The position numbers and the translations under genes are program-made. A model generated the notes under the pieces. That model worked only from the letters and a program-made list of their open reading frames with translations, searched no databases and was not told the origin of the DNA. DNA of 63,137 nt, counting the filler. It is 5 parts of 5 records of this genome, joined end to end, with 100 filler letters (N's around TTAATTAATTAA, not from the genome) between each part and the next. Parts side by side here need not be neighbours in the genome. Positions count along the whole stretch, not along the records: positions 1 to 14,436 come from SRR20825014_146; positions 14,537 to 35,315 come from SRR20825014_156; 3 more parts are not named here. One strand, written 5' to 3'. Shown in pieces: positions 10,651-20,916 of the stretch. Position 1 is the first letter of the stretch; each line of letters opens with the position of its first letter.

Positions 10651-11325
10651 TTAGGAGTTTAAAAGGTTTGAAGTAAGGTGGATAAAGTATTGCGACGGTG
10701 AGGTCTTCTTTCCACAATCTGTTAAAGAGGTAAAATGATCCTTGAGAAAATGCTGATGTAATGAGCCCGCTAAGATGGTGCTTGCCAGACTTGCGGGGTA
10801 AGGATAGCCTTCATTTACATCGGCGATCATTTCTTTCAACCGGGTTGAAAGTCGTTTGTAAATAACAAAATAACCTTCTTTATTTTCATCATCTACCTCT
10901 TTAGTAAGGTAAGATTTTGAATATTCATTGATAACGATCTTATTAAGCGCTACCTCATTAATATGATTAAATGAATGATCTTCTTCAACCTCACGCGTAA
11001 GAATCTCGATGGCTTGTTCTAGTTTTTCTTTGGGATCGTGAATGTTGGCAGTAGCAAAAGCGAGTTGGTATTCTTTCCATCCCCAATACCAATTCGTCAA
11101 ATAGATCAAGAACTTATGCTTGTTCTCAAAATACCTGTAGATCGAACTTTCGTTAGATTCAATACAATCGCCTAATTTTTTGAATGTAAAATTATCAAAG
11201 CCCAATTCGTTGATTAATAAAATACCGTGCTTAACAATACGTCTTCCTAACAGCGAAGATTCGGGGTCTTTTAAATAGACATTGTCGTTGATAATGATCT
11301 TCAAATTGCGAAGTAACTCATCCAT
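10651..11325 (-). CDS. TetR/AcrR-family regulator
   Basis: GFDNFTFKKLG..ESSIYRYFENK HTH. Confidence 0.88.
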   Translation of the reverse strand: MDELLRNLKIIINDNVYLKDPESSLLGRRIVKHGILLINELGFDNFTFKKLGDCIESNESSIYRYFENKHKFLIYLTNWYWGWKEYQLAFATANIHDPKEKLEQAIEILTREVEEDHSFNHINEVALNKIVINEYSKSYLTKEVDDENKEGYFVIYKRLSTRLKEMIADVNEGYPYPASLASTILAGSLHQHFLKDHFTSLTDCGKKTSPSQYFIHLTSNLLNS

Positions 11326-11555
11326 AAAAACAAATTTTGATCGCTAAATTAATAGTAATACTATTAATTCTGAAAATTTTACAATTATTTTAGTCTATAA
11401 CGTTATAGTGGTTGAAAATAGACTTTTGATTTAGAGTTATTTATGGATGAAAGACTAAGAGTATTGGTGAATGTAGAGGAGCAATTCTATTAAGAAAATA
11501 AACTTTTAGGAGTTCACCTTTTAATTTCTTCAAGGAATACCGTGCACGCTTTATG

Positions 11556-11563
11556 TATCTTTG
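11556..11563 (+). promoter_or_regulatory. Bacteroidota -7 promoter element for the DEAD-box helicase gene
   Basis: TATCTTTG 18 nt upstream of the ATG at 11582. Confidence 0.55.
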
Positions 11564-11581
11564 CGCAATCAAAATTGAAAA

Positions 11582-12700
11582 ATGGCACAGAATTTTAAAT
11601 CCCTAGGACTGAATAAAAACCTGATCAAAGGCTTGAATGAGCTTGGCATTGTAAAGCCAACTCAAATTCAGGAAGAAGCCATTCCGTTGCTTTTAGAAGG
11701 AAATGCGCATTTAGTTGGGCAGGCCCAAACCGGTACCGGAAAAACTGCAGCTTATGGATTGCCAATTCTGGAGCGTATAAATGCGAATCAAAAAAGTATT
11801 CAGGCGCTGATTCTGTGTCCAACACGTGAATTGAGTCAGCAGGTAGCAAAGCAGCTTTTTAAATTCACAAAGTATACCGAGAAGATTTTTACCGAAGCGG
11901 TTTACGGTGGGGAGAAGATAGATTTTCAGATTAAAAATTTGAGCAGACCTACACATATCGTTGTAGCTACCCCGGGACGTTTGATCGATTTGCTTAATCG
12001 AAAGGCAATTGACCTATCTCAGGTGCACACCGTTGTGCTTGACGAAGCCGATGAGATGTTGAGTATGGGCTTCAAGCAGCAGCTTGATGAAATTTTAAGC
12101 GCGTTGAGAAATGTTGAAAATAAATGGTTGTTTTCAGCGACTATGCCGCACGGAATCAAACAGATCGTTAATCAGCATATGGCCGAAGATGCACACCGTA
12201 TTCAGATAAGTCGCGATGTGGTGAATAAAAATATTGAGCATAAATTTTTGCAGTGTGAAGAGGTTGATAAACTACCTATTCTTTTGGACTTCCTGAGAAG
12301 TAAAAAAGGAGAACGCGGAATTATTTTTTGTAAAACCAAAGCGGCCACAGCAAAACTGGCCAAGCAATTGATTGCCAAAAATGTTGCTGCCGAAGCTCTT
12401 CAAGGAGATATGCTACAAAAGGAACGGGATAAAGTGATGCGTGCTTTTAAAAACGAAAGTTTGCGCCTACTTGTGGCAACAGATATTGCTGCCCGTGGGA
12501 TTGATGTTCAGGACCTCACTTTTGTGATTCATTACCAAATGCCTGATCAGGAAGAATATTACACTCACAGAAGTGGCCGAACTGCAAGAGCCGGTAAAGA
12601 AGGCTTATCGCTGGCTTTAGTGACTTCTAAAGAGTTGCGCACTCTTCGTAATTATGAAAAATCTTTAGGAATTGGCTTTAGTGAGGTAAAAGCACGCTAG
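11582..12700 (+). CDS. DEAD-box RNA helicase
   Basis: AQTGTGKT, PTREL, TPGR, DEAD, SAT, ARGID, HRSGRTAR. Confidence 0.95.
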   Translation: MAQNFKSLGLNKNLIKGLNELGIVKPTQIQEEAIPLLLEGNAHLVGQAQTGTGKTAAYGLPILERINANQKSIQALILCPTRELSQQVAKQLFKFTKYTEKIFTEAVYGGEKIDFQIKNLSRPTHIVVATPGRLIDLLNRKAIDLSQVHTVVLDEADEMLSMGFKQQLDEILSALRNVENKWLFSATMPHGIKQIVNQHMAEDAHRIQISRDVVNKNIEHKFLQCEEVDKLPILLDFLRSKKGERGIIFCKTKAATAKLAKQLIAKNVAAEALQGDMLQKERDKVMRAFKNESLRLLVATDIAARGIDVQDLTFVIHYQMPDQEEYYTHRSGRTARAGKEGLSLALVTSKELRTLRNYEKSLGIGFSEVKAR

Positions 12701-12993
12701 TAACTTTCAATAACCTTTTTGATATCGGCACGCGTTAAAACACCGCTTTGTCGCCAAACCTGCTCTCCATTTTTAAAAAGCATCAGGGTAGGAACACCGC
12801 GCACTTGAAATTTCTGAGCTAAGGTTTGATTTTTGTCGACATCAACTTTTACGATCTTGACCTTTTCGCCCAGATCTTTTTTTACGTCTTCAAGTATAGG
12901 TGCTAGCGTTTGGCACGGTCCACACCATGTCGCAAAAAAATCTATCAGTACCGGAGTTTCTGAATCTGTAAGATTACCAAAGCTTGTTTTCAT
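12697..12993 (-). CDS. trxA: Thioredoxin
   Basis: WCGPC active site; GVPT cis-Pro loop; TAGTTTTG -7 element at 12998-13005. Confidence 0.93.
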   Translation of the reverse strand: MKTSFGNLTDSETPVLIDFFATWCGPCQTLAPILEDVKKDLGEKVKIVKVDVDKNQTLAQKFQVRGVPTLMLFKNGEQVWRQSGVLTRADIKKVIESY

Positions 12994-13163
12994 ACTGCAA
13001 AACTAGGAGTATTCCACTTAAATGTAAAAAGCTTTAACGACATCTTAATACAATGCTAAGAAGCGCTGATATGGGCGTTAAATGCCGTTAATCCTTTAGT
13101 GCGCCTTTTGGGCGGTAAGTAACTTTAACCAAGATTACTTGAACCGCAAAAAATACTAATGTT

Positions 13164-13811
13164 ATGGAAACCAGTAAAGAAAATGTTTTAGTGGCAGGCG
13201 CAAACGGAACGACCGGAAAATTGATCGTAAGCTATCTCGATCAATCGCAATATTATAACCCGGTGGCTATGGTGCGCAAACAAGAACAGCAAAAGCAATT
13301 TAAAATACAAGGAATAGACACTGTTTTAGGGGATTTAGAAAGGGATTTATCTAAAGTGGTAAAAGGTATTGATAAGGTGATTTTTGCTGCGGGTTCCGGC
13401 GGAAACACTGGTCCTGAAAAAACAATTGATGTTGATCAGGAGGGTGCCAAGCGACTCATAGATGCGAGCAAAGATGTTGAGGTCAAAAAGTTCATTATGC
13501 TAAGTTCAATTAATGCTGATAATCCTGAAAGTAGCGAGTCGCTGAGACACTATTTGGAGGCTAAACGTAAAGCAGATAATTATTTAAAGAATAGCGGACT
13601 TAATTATACGATTGTGCGCCCCGGAACTTTAAAAAATGAAGAAGGCACGCGCAAAATTGAAGCGGCACTTGATGTAGAGCACGGCGAGGTTACGCGAGAC
13701 GATGTTGCGTATACGTTGGTTCACGTGTTAAATGATGATGTGGCACAAAATGCCGTTTTTGAAATGGTCGAGGGCGAGCAAAGAATTGAGGATGCAATCA
13801 AAGAATTTTAA
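13164..13811 (+). CDS. Atypical SDR / NAD(P)H-binding oxidoreductase
   Basis: VLVAGANGTTG, FAAGSG, YLEAK, IVRPG. Confidence 0.88.
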   Translation: METSKENVLVAGANGTTGKLIVSYLDQSQYYNPVAMVRKQEQQKQFKIQGIDTVLGDLERDLSKVVKGIDKVIFAAGSGGNTGPEKTIDVDQEGAKRLIDASKDVEVKKFIMLSSINADNPESSESLRHYLEAKRKADNYLKNSGLNYTIVRPGTLKNEEGTRKIEAALDVEHGEVTRDDVAYTLVHVLNDDVAQNAVFEMVEGEQRIEDAIKEF

Positions 13812-13822
13812 ACATTTTCTAT

Positions 13823-14308
13823 ATGAATCGATATACTTCAATCTGTTTTGTAGTCTTTGCGCTCACTTTACTTTCTTGTGTAGAAAGGACTCTTAAAAAT
13901 TCTGAAATTGAAAGTCAATCGAAGGAGCAAATTTTTGAAAAGGGTACCCGCACCTCAAAAGAAAAGTTTGTGGGAGATGTTTATATGAATTTATTAGTTC
14001 CTGAAGATTCAATATACACTACAAAATCGGGTAGCGTAACTTTTGAAGCGGGCTCACGTACCAACTGGCATTATCACTCTAGCGGACAACTTTTAATGGT
14101 TACAGAAGGAACAGGGTATCACCAGATTGAAGGTCAAGCCAAAGAAACAATAGTTAAAGGGGATGTGATTAAAGTGCCAAAAAATGTAAAGCATTGGCAC
14201 GGCGCTTTAACCGATGAAGCTATGACCCACATTTTTGTGATTCCAAATACAGAGAAGGGAGCTTCCGTGTGGTTTGAACCTGTAAGCGACACAGAATTCG
14301 CAGAGTAG
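13823..14308 (+). CDS. Cupin-domain lipoprotein
   Basis: Lipobox LLSC; cupin motifs TNWHYH..GQ and P..VKHWHGA. Confidence 0.85.
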   Translation: MNRYTSICFVVFALTLLSCVERTLKNSEIESQSKEQIFEKGTRTSKEKFVGDVYMNLLVPEDSIYTTKSGSVTFEAGSRTNWHYHSSGQLLMVTEGTGYHQIEGQAKETIVKGDVIKVPKNVKHWHGALTDEAMTHIFVIPNTEKGASVWFEPVSDTEFAE

Positions 14309-14360
14309 ATTACAATTTGAAGTATAAAATCTGGTCTGTTGATTTATCAGTAGAAAACTA

Positions 14361-14394
14361 AAAAACCCTGTGAAGTGTTGATTTCACAGGGTTT
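14361..14394 (-). terminator. Terminator hairpin between the cupin gene and the tRNA (possibly bidirectional)
   Basis: AAACCCTGTGAA / TTCACAGGGTTT inverted repeat with an A/T tract. Confidence 0.75.
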
Positions 14395-14407
14395 CTTAAA
14401 TTCTAGT

Positions 14408-14436
14408 TGTACCCGGGATGGGACTTGAACCCACAC
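14408..14436 (-). tRNA. 3' part of a tRNA (T-arm and acceptor strand), probably tRNA-Leu; truncated by the contig end
   Basis: Minus strand GTGTGGGTTCAAGTCCCATCCCGGGTACA has a GGTTCAAGTCC T-arm; anticodon not visible, so isotype is uncertain. Confidence 0.75.
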
Positions 14437-14536
14437 NNNNNNNNNNNNNNNNNNNNNNNNNNNNNNNNNNNNNNNNNNNNTTAATTAATTAANNNNNNNN
14501 NNNNNNNNNNNNNNNNNNNNNNNNNNNNNNNNNNNN
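14437..14536. other. Artificial contig linker (N-run with TTAATTAATTAA)
   Basis: 100-nt spacer; GC content and apparent taxonomy switch across it. Confidence 0.97.
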
Positions 14537-15018
14537 GAGAAGGGGGGCGCTTGCAAAACTCACTGCCAAAATCGAAGCACCAGGACGCAAAACACCAACC
14601 TCTCCTTCGACATCCTCAGACCTCGAACTCACCCACGGTGCTCTTCCATGACCTTGTCCAGATGAAGTGTTTCGATCTGCTCTGCCATCGCATTTCCTCT
14701 TTGTCGTGGTGTTTTCGAGTCTGTTCGAAGGTGCGCATCAGCCCCGAAGGGTCAAGCGCCAGGATCACGCTCCGCCTTCGACGCGTCCCGATCGCGCACG
14801 CACAGTGATCCTGGCGAAGCCGCTGCGAGAGCCAACCGCGAAACATGTTGGCTTTTCGATGACTTCCAACCGGTGAAAGAATCACCTCGACGAGAAACAA
14901 CGGTGGAGCAGAAGGTGTGATTTTGGTAAAGCATGAGTGCTTTTTAACAATCTGTCACCGGGGCACCCAGATCATCTCTTCGAGCTGATGGTGGAGCCCC
15001 CACAAGAGTGAGGTTTCC

Positions 15019-16581
15019 ATGATGCCTTCCTACACGGATGCGCTCTACGACGTCGTCAATCATATCGCGGTAGGCAACCTCGAGGGCGCGCAGCGCGACC
15101 TCGACGAGTTACTCGCTGCGGTCGACACCGAGGCCGACCCGAGCGCGGTGCGCTACTACGTCTTTGGCGGCGCGATCGCCAACCGGCTCTCGAAGGACTC
15201 GATCAAGAAGGCAAACCTCTACCTCAATGATTACGAGGTTCCCCAGATCTACCTCTTTAACCTGTTGGCCAACCGCGTGCCGATCGTGTCGCTGACGACC
15301 ATCCTGGCCAACGACGCGATGCTTCGCTACGCCGAGGGTCGCCAGGAGCTTCACCTGATGGATGTGGGCATCGGCACGGGTCGTCAGATCGTAACCTTGC
15401 TCGAGCAGATGCACGCGCGCGGCGTGGCCCCCGAGAAGGTCCACGTGGTGGGGATCGAACCCGCGGACTGGTCGCTCGATCTCGCGGAGAAGAACGCCCT
15501 CGAGGCCGCCGAGCGCCTGGGGATCTCCTGCACGTTCGAGCCGATCTGCAATGTCGCCGAGAACATGCAAGAGCACGAGTGGACACAGCTCGCCGAGCGC
15601 CTCGATCGCCCCATCATCAACGCCTCCTTCGCGCTCCACCACATCCGCGATATCGACAGCGAGGATGTGCGCACGCAGGTCCTGGCGCGGCTTCGCACGC
15701 TCGACCCGAGCGCATTGATTCTGTGCGAGCCGAACTCGAACCACCTCGAGCGTGATTATATCGAGCGTTTCCGCAACTGCTTCTCTCACTTCAGCACGGT
15801 CTTCAAGGTCATCGATCGACTCGACATCTCGCAGGAGGATGGGGACGCGCTCAAGATCCAGTTCTTTGGCAGGGAGATCAACGACATCCTCGGCAACCCG
15901 ATCGAGGATCGCCGCACCGAGCGGCACGAGCGCACGACGAGCTGGGTGGATCGCCTGGCACAGAGCGGCTTTGTCCCGGCCTCCGACATGCCGATCCCCG
16001 ACTCCGTGGGGCATGACGTGGTCGATGTGAAAGCGCACGAGCAGGGGTATTACAGCCTCGACTTTGGCGGCGAGACGATGGTCTCGGTGCTGATCGCGGA
16101 GCCGGGTGATGTACCTGAAGGGTTCTCACCGTTCGCGACCTCGGGGAGCGTCGCAGATGATGAGAGGGCGTCCGCGCCCAGGCTTTTGGCGCCGGCGTAT
16201 CTCTCGGCGCTGGTGGCCATCGCGCGCGCAGATCAATTGATTCACGAGCGCGAGCGCGCCTACATCGAAACACAGGCGAGGTTGCTCGGCGTGGATCTCG
16301 ATGAGCTGTGGGCAGCGCCTGGCCTGGAGCGCGTGATCCAGGAGCACGAGCTTAACACGGCCACACGAGAGGCGATCGTGCGCGACACGATCGTCCTCTC
16401 GCACATCGACGGCGAGGTCAGCGACGCAGAGCGCGCTGCGATCCGCGAGATCGCAGCGCTGCTCGAGATCTCAGGCGACCGTCTCGAAGAGATCGAGGAG
16501 CACGCCGTGGGCGCGATCCCCAGCGGCCTGAGCAACGCGCCGGCGTGGTTCAAGGAGCAGTGGTTCTTGACCACGAAGTGA
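15019..16581 (+). CDS. Bacterial GRAS-domain protein fused to a C-terminal TerB-like domain
   Basis: GRAS hallmarks: ANDAML, LHLMDVGIGTGRQ (VHIID/SAM motif), INASFALHH, CEPNSNH, FFGREINDILG, RTERHE..W..RL..SGF. C-terminus ALVAIARAD..IHERE and LSHIDGEVSDAERAAIREIAALL is TerB-like. Confidence 0.85.
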   Translation: MMPSYTDALYDVVNHIAVGNLEGAQRDLDELLAAVDTEADPSAVRYYVFGGAIANRLSKDSIKKANLYLNDYEVPQIYLFNLLANRVPIVSLTTILANDAMLRYAEGRQELHLMDVGIGTGRQIVTLLEQMHARGVAPEKVHVVGIEPADWSLDLAEKNALEAAERLGISCTFEPICNVAENMQEHEWTQLAERLDRPIINASFALHHIRDIDSEDVRTQVLARLRTLDPSALILCEPNSNHLERDYIERFRNCFSHFSTVFKVIDRLDISQEDGDALKIQFFGREINDILGNPIEDRRTERHERTTSWVDRLAQSGFVPASDMPIPDSVGHDVVDVKAHEQGYYSLDFGGETMVSVLIAEPGDVPEGFSPFATSGSVADDERASAPRLLAPAYLSALVAIARADQLIHERERAYIETQARLLGVDLDELWAAPGLERVIQEHELNTATREAIVRDTIVLSHIDGEVSDAERAAIREIAALLEISGDRLEEIEEHAVGAIPSGLSNAPAWFKEQWFLTTK

Positions 16582-16658
16582 GCCATAAACTCAACAGCGA
16601 GACATGGAAACCACACACCGAGAGAGGAGAAGATGCCTCGGCTGGTCCTTGTGGAATG

Positions 16659-16702
16659 CGGCAAGGCGGGCATCGAAAGAAATTCCGATGCCCGCCTTGC
16701 CG
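16659..16702 (+). terminator. 17-bp GC-rich hairpin downstream of the GRAS gene
   Basis: CGGCAAGGCGGGCATCG / CGATGCCCGCCTTGCCG perfect inverted repeat; no clear U tract. Confidence 0.55.
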
Positions 16703-16879
16703 TGATGGTATGGGAGCGAGCGCGACACACTGGTTCGACCACTCGACCTTTAACGGAGGCATCGACAAAGTCCTGGCACGGTTCTCGCTAAATCAAGAGC
16801 GACGAGGGGCGCGCACACCACACGAGAAAGGCGCTCTTCGACACGAGCCATATCGAAACCGTCCAGAAGGTCATGAATC

Positions 16880-17989
16880 ATGTCACACGCCTCCAAGACA
16901 GCTCCCCTCTCGCTCCTCATCGCGCTCTTTATCCTCGCGAGCGGTTGCGGCGGCGCCATGGATGTCTCGGGCGGCGAGGAAGAACCGCTCGACGAAGCGA
17001 TGATCGAGGAAATGAGCTTTGAAGAAGAGATCGTGGACGAGGACGCCGACGAGGGAGATTACTTCTTCGATGAAGCGGCCGGCGAGTACATCCTCGATCC
17101 TGTCAGTGAAGACGCTGGAGACATCACCGACACCGCGGGTGATGCGACCGCCGAAGCGGAGGTTGTCATCGACCCCGAGACGGGCTTCCCCATCGCCGCA
17201 GAGCGCGGAGGAAAGGCAAACCCGTCTGCCTCGACAAAGGTCGTGATGACGTATGCCACGGCCAACATCGGGCGCAATTACCGCGATCGAGGCAAGCTGC
17301 GAGAGGTCTTTGGCAGGCTCGAGCGCGTGCTCGGCAGCAAGAAGGGACCAAAGCTCATCGGGTGGCAGGAGATCAACGAGGCCGATCCTTGCGGAGAGCT
17401 CTGTGAGATCCAGGAGCTAAGGGCCAGGTTCCAAAAGAGCAAGGGTTGGTACACCAAGCGCCCGCGCAACGTGCACACCCCGAACACGCTCAAGGGCGTG
17501 GGAGAGATCAGGGAGCGCGCGACCTTCGCATCACCAGGTTGGGCAGGCGTGAGCCCGGCGCGCTTCGTGACCGTCACCTACTCGCCAAAGCGCAACGTCT
17601 CGCTGATCAACACGCACCTGATCGCTGGCGCGTGGTCCTGTAAGAGCCACACCGACAAGCGCCGAGACTACTGGAAGCAGGCGTGGAGAGAGCTAAAACG
17701 ACAGGTGGCAAGAGAGCATGATCGAGGCCGCAACGTGATCGTCACGGGCGACCTCAACCGCCCTCGCAGCGCGAACCGCTGCAACCCATCCTGGGACCCG
17801 ACCTCGCTGCATCCTCGCGCTCGCGTCGTCGGAGGGCAGAGCATCGACTACATCTTCGCCGTGCCCGCGGCGCGAAAGAAGTTCGTCTTCGCGCGTAATG
17901 AACGCGGTGAGATCAAGCGCGGAAACATCACGATCGGCATCGACAGTCACAAGGCGTACTGGGTGCGCGGCAAATTCGTGAACAAGTAA
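16880..17989 (+). CDS. Endonuclease/exonuclease/phosphatase-family lipoprotein
   Basis: Lipobox ASGC; acidic linker; TANI, GWQE, NTHL, TGDLN, IDYIF, SH motifs. Confidence 0.8.
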   Translation: MSHASKTAPLSLLIALFILASGCGGAMDVSGGEEEPLDEAMIEEMSFEEEIVDEDADEGDYFFDEAAGEYILDPVSEDAGDITDTAGDATAEAEVVIDPETGFPIAAERGGKANPSASTKVVMTYATANIGRNYRDRGKLREVFGRLERVLGSKKGPKLIGWQEINEADPCGELCEIQELRARFQKSKGWYTKRPRNVHTPNTLKGVGEIRERATFASPGWAGVSPARFVTVTYSPKRNVSLINTHLIAGAWSCKSHTDKRRDYWKQAWRELKRQVAREHDRGRNVIVTGDLNRPRSANRCNPSWDPTSLHPRARVVGGQSIDYIFAVPAARKKFVFARNERGEIKRGNITIGIDSHKAYWVRGKFVNK

Positions 17990-18130
17990 ACCTCTCCAGG
18001 GCGTGCCAGAATCAGGCAAGCAAGACGCCTGTATTCGAGCACAAAAATGAGGTTCTCATCTCCTGCTTGTGAATTTGGCCCGAGTGCTGCTAGAAGATGG
18101 GGCCCCATTTAACACCATGAGAGGAGCACC

Positions 18131-18706
18131 ATGAGTTTCGATTCGCCAGAAGCCATCATCGAACGCCTCAAGGCAGGGAACAAGCGCTTCGTCACAGACG
18201 CAATGGAAGGAAAACTGCGTGATCAAGCACGCCGCGCCGATCTCACCGGAGGCCAAAAACCCTGGGCTATCATCCTGAGCTGCGCCGATTCTCGCGTCGC
18301 CCCCGAGCTCGCGTTCGACACTGGCCTGGGTGAATTGTTTGTCCTGCGCGTGGCAGGCAACATCGCCAACACGGACACCATCGCGAGCATCGAGTATGCC
18401 GTGGCCAACATCGGCAGCCCCGTGATTGTGGTGCTCGGTCACCAGAGCTGCGGCGCAGTCACCGCGGCGCTCGCTGGCGGCGACAACGGCTACAACCTCA
18501 ATCACCTGCTCGCCCAGATCACACCCGCAGTCCACCAGTGCGACTCCGACAATGTCGATGACGTCGTGCACCTGAACGCCAGGCTCGCCGCCAAAGACCT
18601 CGTCGAGCGCTCGCGCATCATCTCGAAAGCGGTCGCAGACGATAACCTCACCATCGTCTCCGCGTTCTACTCGCTCGAGGATGGCTCCGTGAGCTTCCAC
18701 GACTGA
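18131..18706 (+). CDS. Beta-class carbonic anhydrase
   Basis: CADSR, RVAGN, HQSCGAV zinc ligands; AGGAG RBS. Confidence 0.95.
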   Translation: MSFDSPEAIIERLKAGNKRFVTDAMEGKLRDQARRADLTGGQKPWAIILSCADSRVAPELAFDTGLGELFVLRVAGNIANTDTIASIEYAVANIGSPVIVVLGHQSCGAVTAALAGGDNGYNLNHLLAQITPAVHQCDSDNVDDVVHLNARLAAKDLVERSRIISKAVADDNLTIVSAFYSLEDGSVSFHD

Positions 18707-18733
18707 GTCTCCGACACATTCTGTTCGCCCACG

Positions 18734-18770
18734 AGCCTCTGGATAATCGCATCCAGGGGCTTTTTGTTTT
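18734..18770 (+). terminator. Rho-independent terminator
   Basis: AGCCTCTGGAT-aatcgc-ATCCAGGGGCT followed by a T tract. Confidence 0.75.
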
Positions 18771-18892
18771 GTGACAACACCCCAACCATCGCACCGAAAC
18801 AATCAATCAAAGACCTACACCTTGACATCAACATCTTGAAGATAAACACTCGCATCATGCGAATGATGATCCGACAGCGATGGCAACAACCG

Positions 18893-19741
18893 ATGAAAAC
18901 CAAGCTCGCTCTATTACTCTTCTTCGGCCTGCTCCTGTCATGCGGCGGACAAGACACCAATGCTCCAGCCGAAGACCCGGCCACACGAGACGAAGCGAAT
19001 TGCGACTTCGAAGACGAGACAAACCTGTGTCGCAAGAGCGCGCAGGGGATCTTGAATCACATCGAAGAGTATGGACCTCTTCCAGCGGAAATGGACAAAC
19101 TCTACCTCTTCGGGTTCAAGGGAAAGCAGGACTTCGAGCACCTTCGGGGCGTCAAAAAGATCGCCGCTCTCCAAATCCACTCATCGCCAGACCTGGAGAG
19201 CCTCGCCTTCCTCGCTGACGTGGAAGAGATCGGGAGCATCAACGTGGAGAACAACAAAAACCTGCGCTCTCTCGAAGGGTTGGAGAATGTCAAAGCCATC
19301 ACCTTCCGGGCCACGATCACAGGCAACGACAACCTCGAATCCCTGAAAGGTCTCGAGAACCTCGAGCGCGTCGGAAAGGTCGATGAAGGCGAAGGGCTCA
19401 CGATCATGAGCAACCCGAAGTTGAAGAACCTCGAAGGGCTCGAATCACTCGAGGAGTCTTTCAATCTCAACATCCAGTCGAACAACGCGATGCAAACGTT
19501 TGGCACGCTGCCCTCGCTCGAACTGCTCGGGGGCATGTCCATTCGCTTCAACGACGAGCTCCAGGATCTTGGTAGCGCGCCAAACCTGAGAGACATCGTC
19601 AAAGGGATGGTCATCGAGAAGAACAAGAAGTTCCCCGACTGCGAGGCGGAGAAGTTCCTGGCCGAGGTCGATGACTTCGACGCTGGGTTTCGCTTCGAAG
19701 GCAACCTCCCTGGCTCCTCTTGCGAGGACCTCGGGCAGTGA
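18893..19741 (+). CDS. Leucine-rich repeat / receptor L-domain lipoprotein
   Basis: Lipobox LLSC; repeated N..L.SL.GLENL units. Confidence 0.8.
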   Translation: MKTKLALLLFFGLLLSCGGQDTNAPAEDPATRDEANCDFEDETNLCRKSAQGILNHIEEYGPLPAEMDKLYLFGFKGKQDFEHLRGVKKIAALQIHSSPDLESLAFLADVEEIGSINVENNKNLRSLEGLENVKAITFRATITGNDNLESLKGLENLERVGKVDEGEGLTIMSNPKLKNLEGLESLEESFNLNIQSNNAMQTFGTLPSLELLGGMSIRFNDELQDLGSAPNLRDIVKGMVIEKNKKFPDCEAEKFLAEVDDFDAGFRFEGNLPGSSCEDLGQ

Positions 19742-19747
19742 GCGCGC

Positions 19748-20812
19748 CTAAAGATGGCGTAGGAAGAAGCTCATGAGCTCGGTGTTGGTGTTCCACTCGG
19801 GGACATCGCCCTCCTCTGGCCACGCGTGATCGCTGGACTGATAGGCCACCTGGACCACCTCGTAACCCGCCGCGCAATCACGCCAGACGAGCTCGTAACC
19901 ACCCGCGAAGTTACGACGCATCCCATCGCCCGAGCACCCGCTGGCAGAGGTCCAACGCTCGATCGCCTCCCGAACCGAGGACGCTCTCCCAGACTCCGTC
20001 TCGCCGCCCTCGAATGGGATAGAGGGGTCCATGCTGCCGTTGGCCATCCACACGTTGGCTGGACCAGTGGTTCCCATCACGATGCGATCCTCTTCGGTCC
20101 CGAGCACATCGTAGGTCCCGAGGTTGCTCGCAACGATGCCGCCCGCGTCGAAGCGATCGGGATGCTGCCCGAGCAAGGTGTGCGTGAGTCTTCCTCCATT
20201 GGAGAAGCTCGCCAGAAAACGCGGACCGGGGACGCCCTGTTGCTCGATGTGGTCGAGCAAGCTCAGGATGAACAACTCGTCCCGTGGCCCGTCCGGGCTT
20301 CGGTCAAAGTTCCAGCGCGTCTTGCCATCTGGCGCATCGGCCAGCGGGATGATCACGAGCCATCCTTGCTCGATGGCGAGCGCGATCAGCGCGCGGCGTT
20401 TTCCCTGGAAGCTCTCGGCGGTCTGACCCGAGCCATGAAGCAGGATCAACGCGCCCGTCGGTGCTTGCTCGGGGACTGCGAGCCTGACCTCGCGCTCGAG
20501 GTCATCGAATCGATACGCGAGCACGTGCGATCCTGACTCGTCCAGAGGCCACGGCGAGCGCGCGACGCTCATATCACGCATATCCTCGGGCTCGCCGAGA
20601 TCAGGTGCGTCCTGCATGTCGAGCACGTCGCTCATATCGCGCGGCGCAGTCATATCATCGGATGAAGACGCGTCGACCTCGGGCGCGGCGTCGAGGCGCG
20701 CTGCCATATCCTCACCACCCAGGTTCATCATGTCTGGCGAGTGATCCTCGTTATTTGCGGAGCACGCCACGAGACATGTGGCAGCGAAGACAATGGGCAA
20801 AAGACGCGTCAT
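19748..20812 (-). CDS. Alpha/beta-hydrolase lipoprotein, LpqC/PHB-depolymerase-like esterase
   Basis: Lipobox LVAC; LLHG; SFSNGG nucleophile elbow; G..DPSIP; HAWP. Confidence 0.8.
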   Translation of the reverse strand: MTRLLPIVFAATCLVACSANNEDHSPDMMNLGGEDMAARLDAAPEVDASSSDDMTAPRDMSDVLDMQDAPDLGEPEDMRDMSVARSPWPLDESGSHVLAYRFDDLEREVRLAVPEQAPTGALILLHGSGQTAESFQGKRRALIALAIEQGWLVIIPLADAPDGKTRWNFDRSPDGPRDELFILSLLDHIEQQGVPGPRFLASFSNGGRLTHTLLGQHPDRFDAGGIVASNLGTYDVLGTEEDRIVMGTTGPANVWMANGSMDPSIPFEGGETESGRASSVREAIERWTSASGCSGDGMRRNFAGGYELVWRDCAAGYEVVQVAYQSSDHAWPEEGDVPEWNTNTELMSFFLRHL

Positions 20813-20916
20813 GATGGTTCTCGAACGATGGGTGAAGTGAGAGCTTTGCGACCATTGTTGCGTGACATGCGCACATCGACAACATCTTTGACCACGCGAT
20901 TCAACAGAGCGCTGCC

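Noticed and set aside
14481-14492. TTAATTAATTAA palindrome repeated four times in the window
   Set aside because: Always embedded in N-runs; a synthetic spacer with stops in all six frames.
14551-14934. Short ORFs upstream of the GRAS gene
   Set aside because: Mutually overlapping, with no motifs or convincing RBS; treated as non-coding.
14408-16581. GRAS region as an island integrated at the tRNA
   Set aside because: The tRNA fragment and the GRAS gene are on different contigs.
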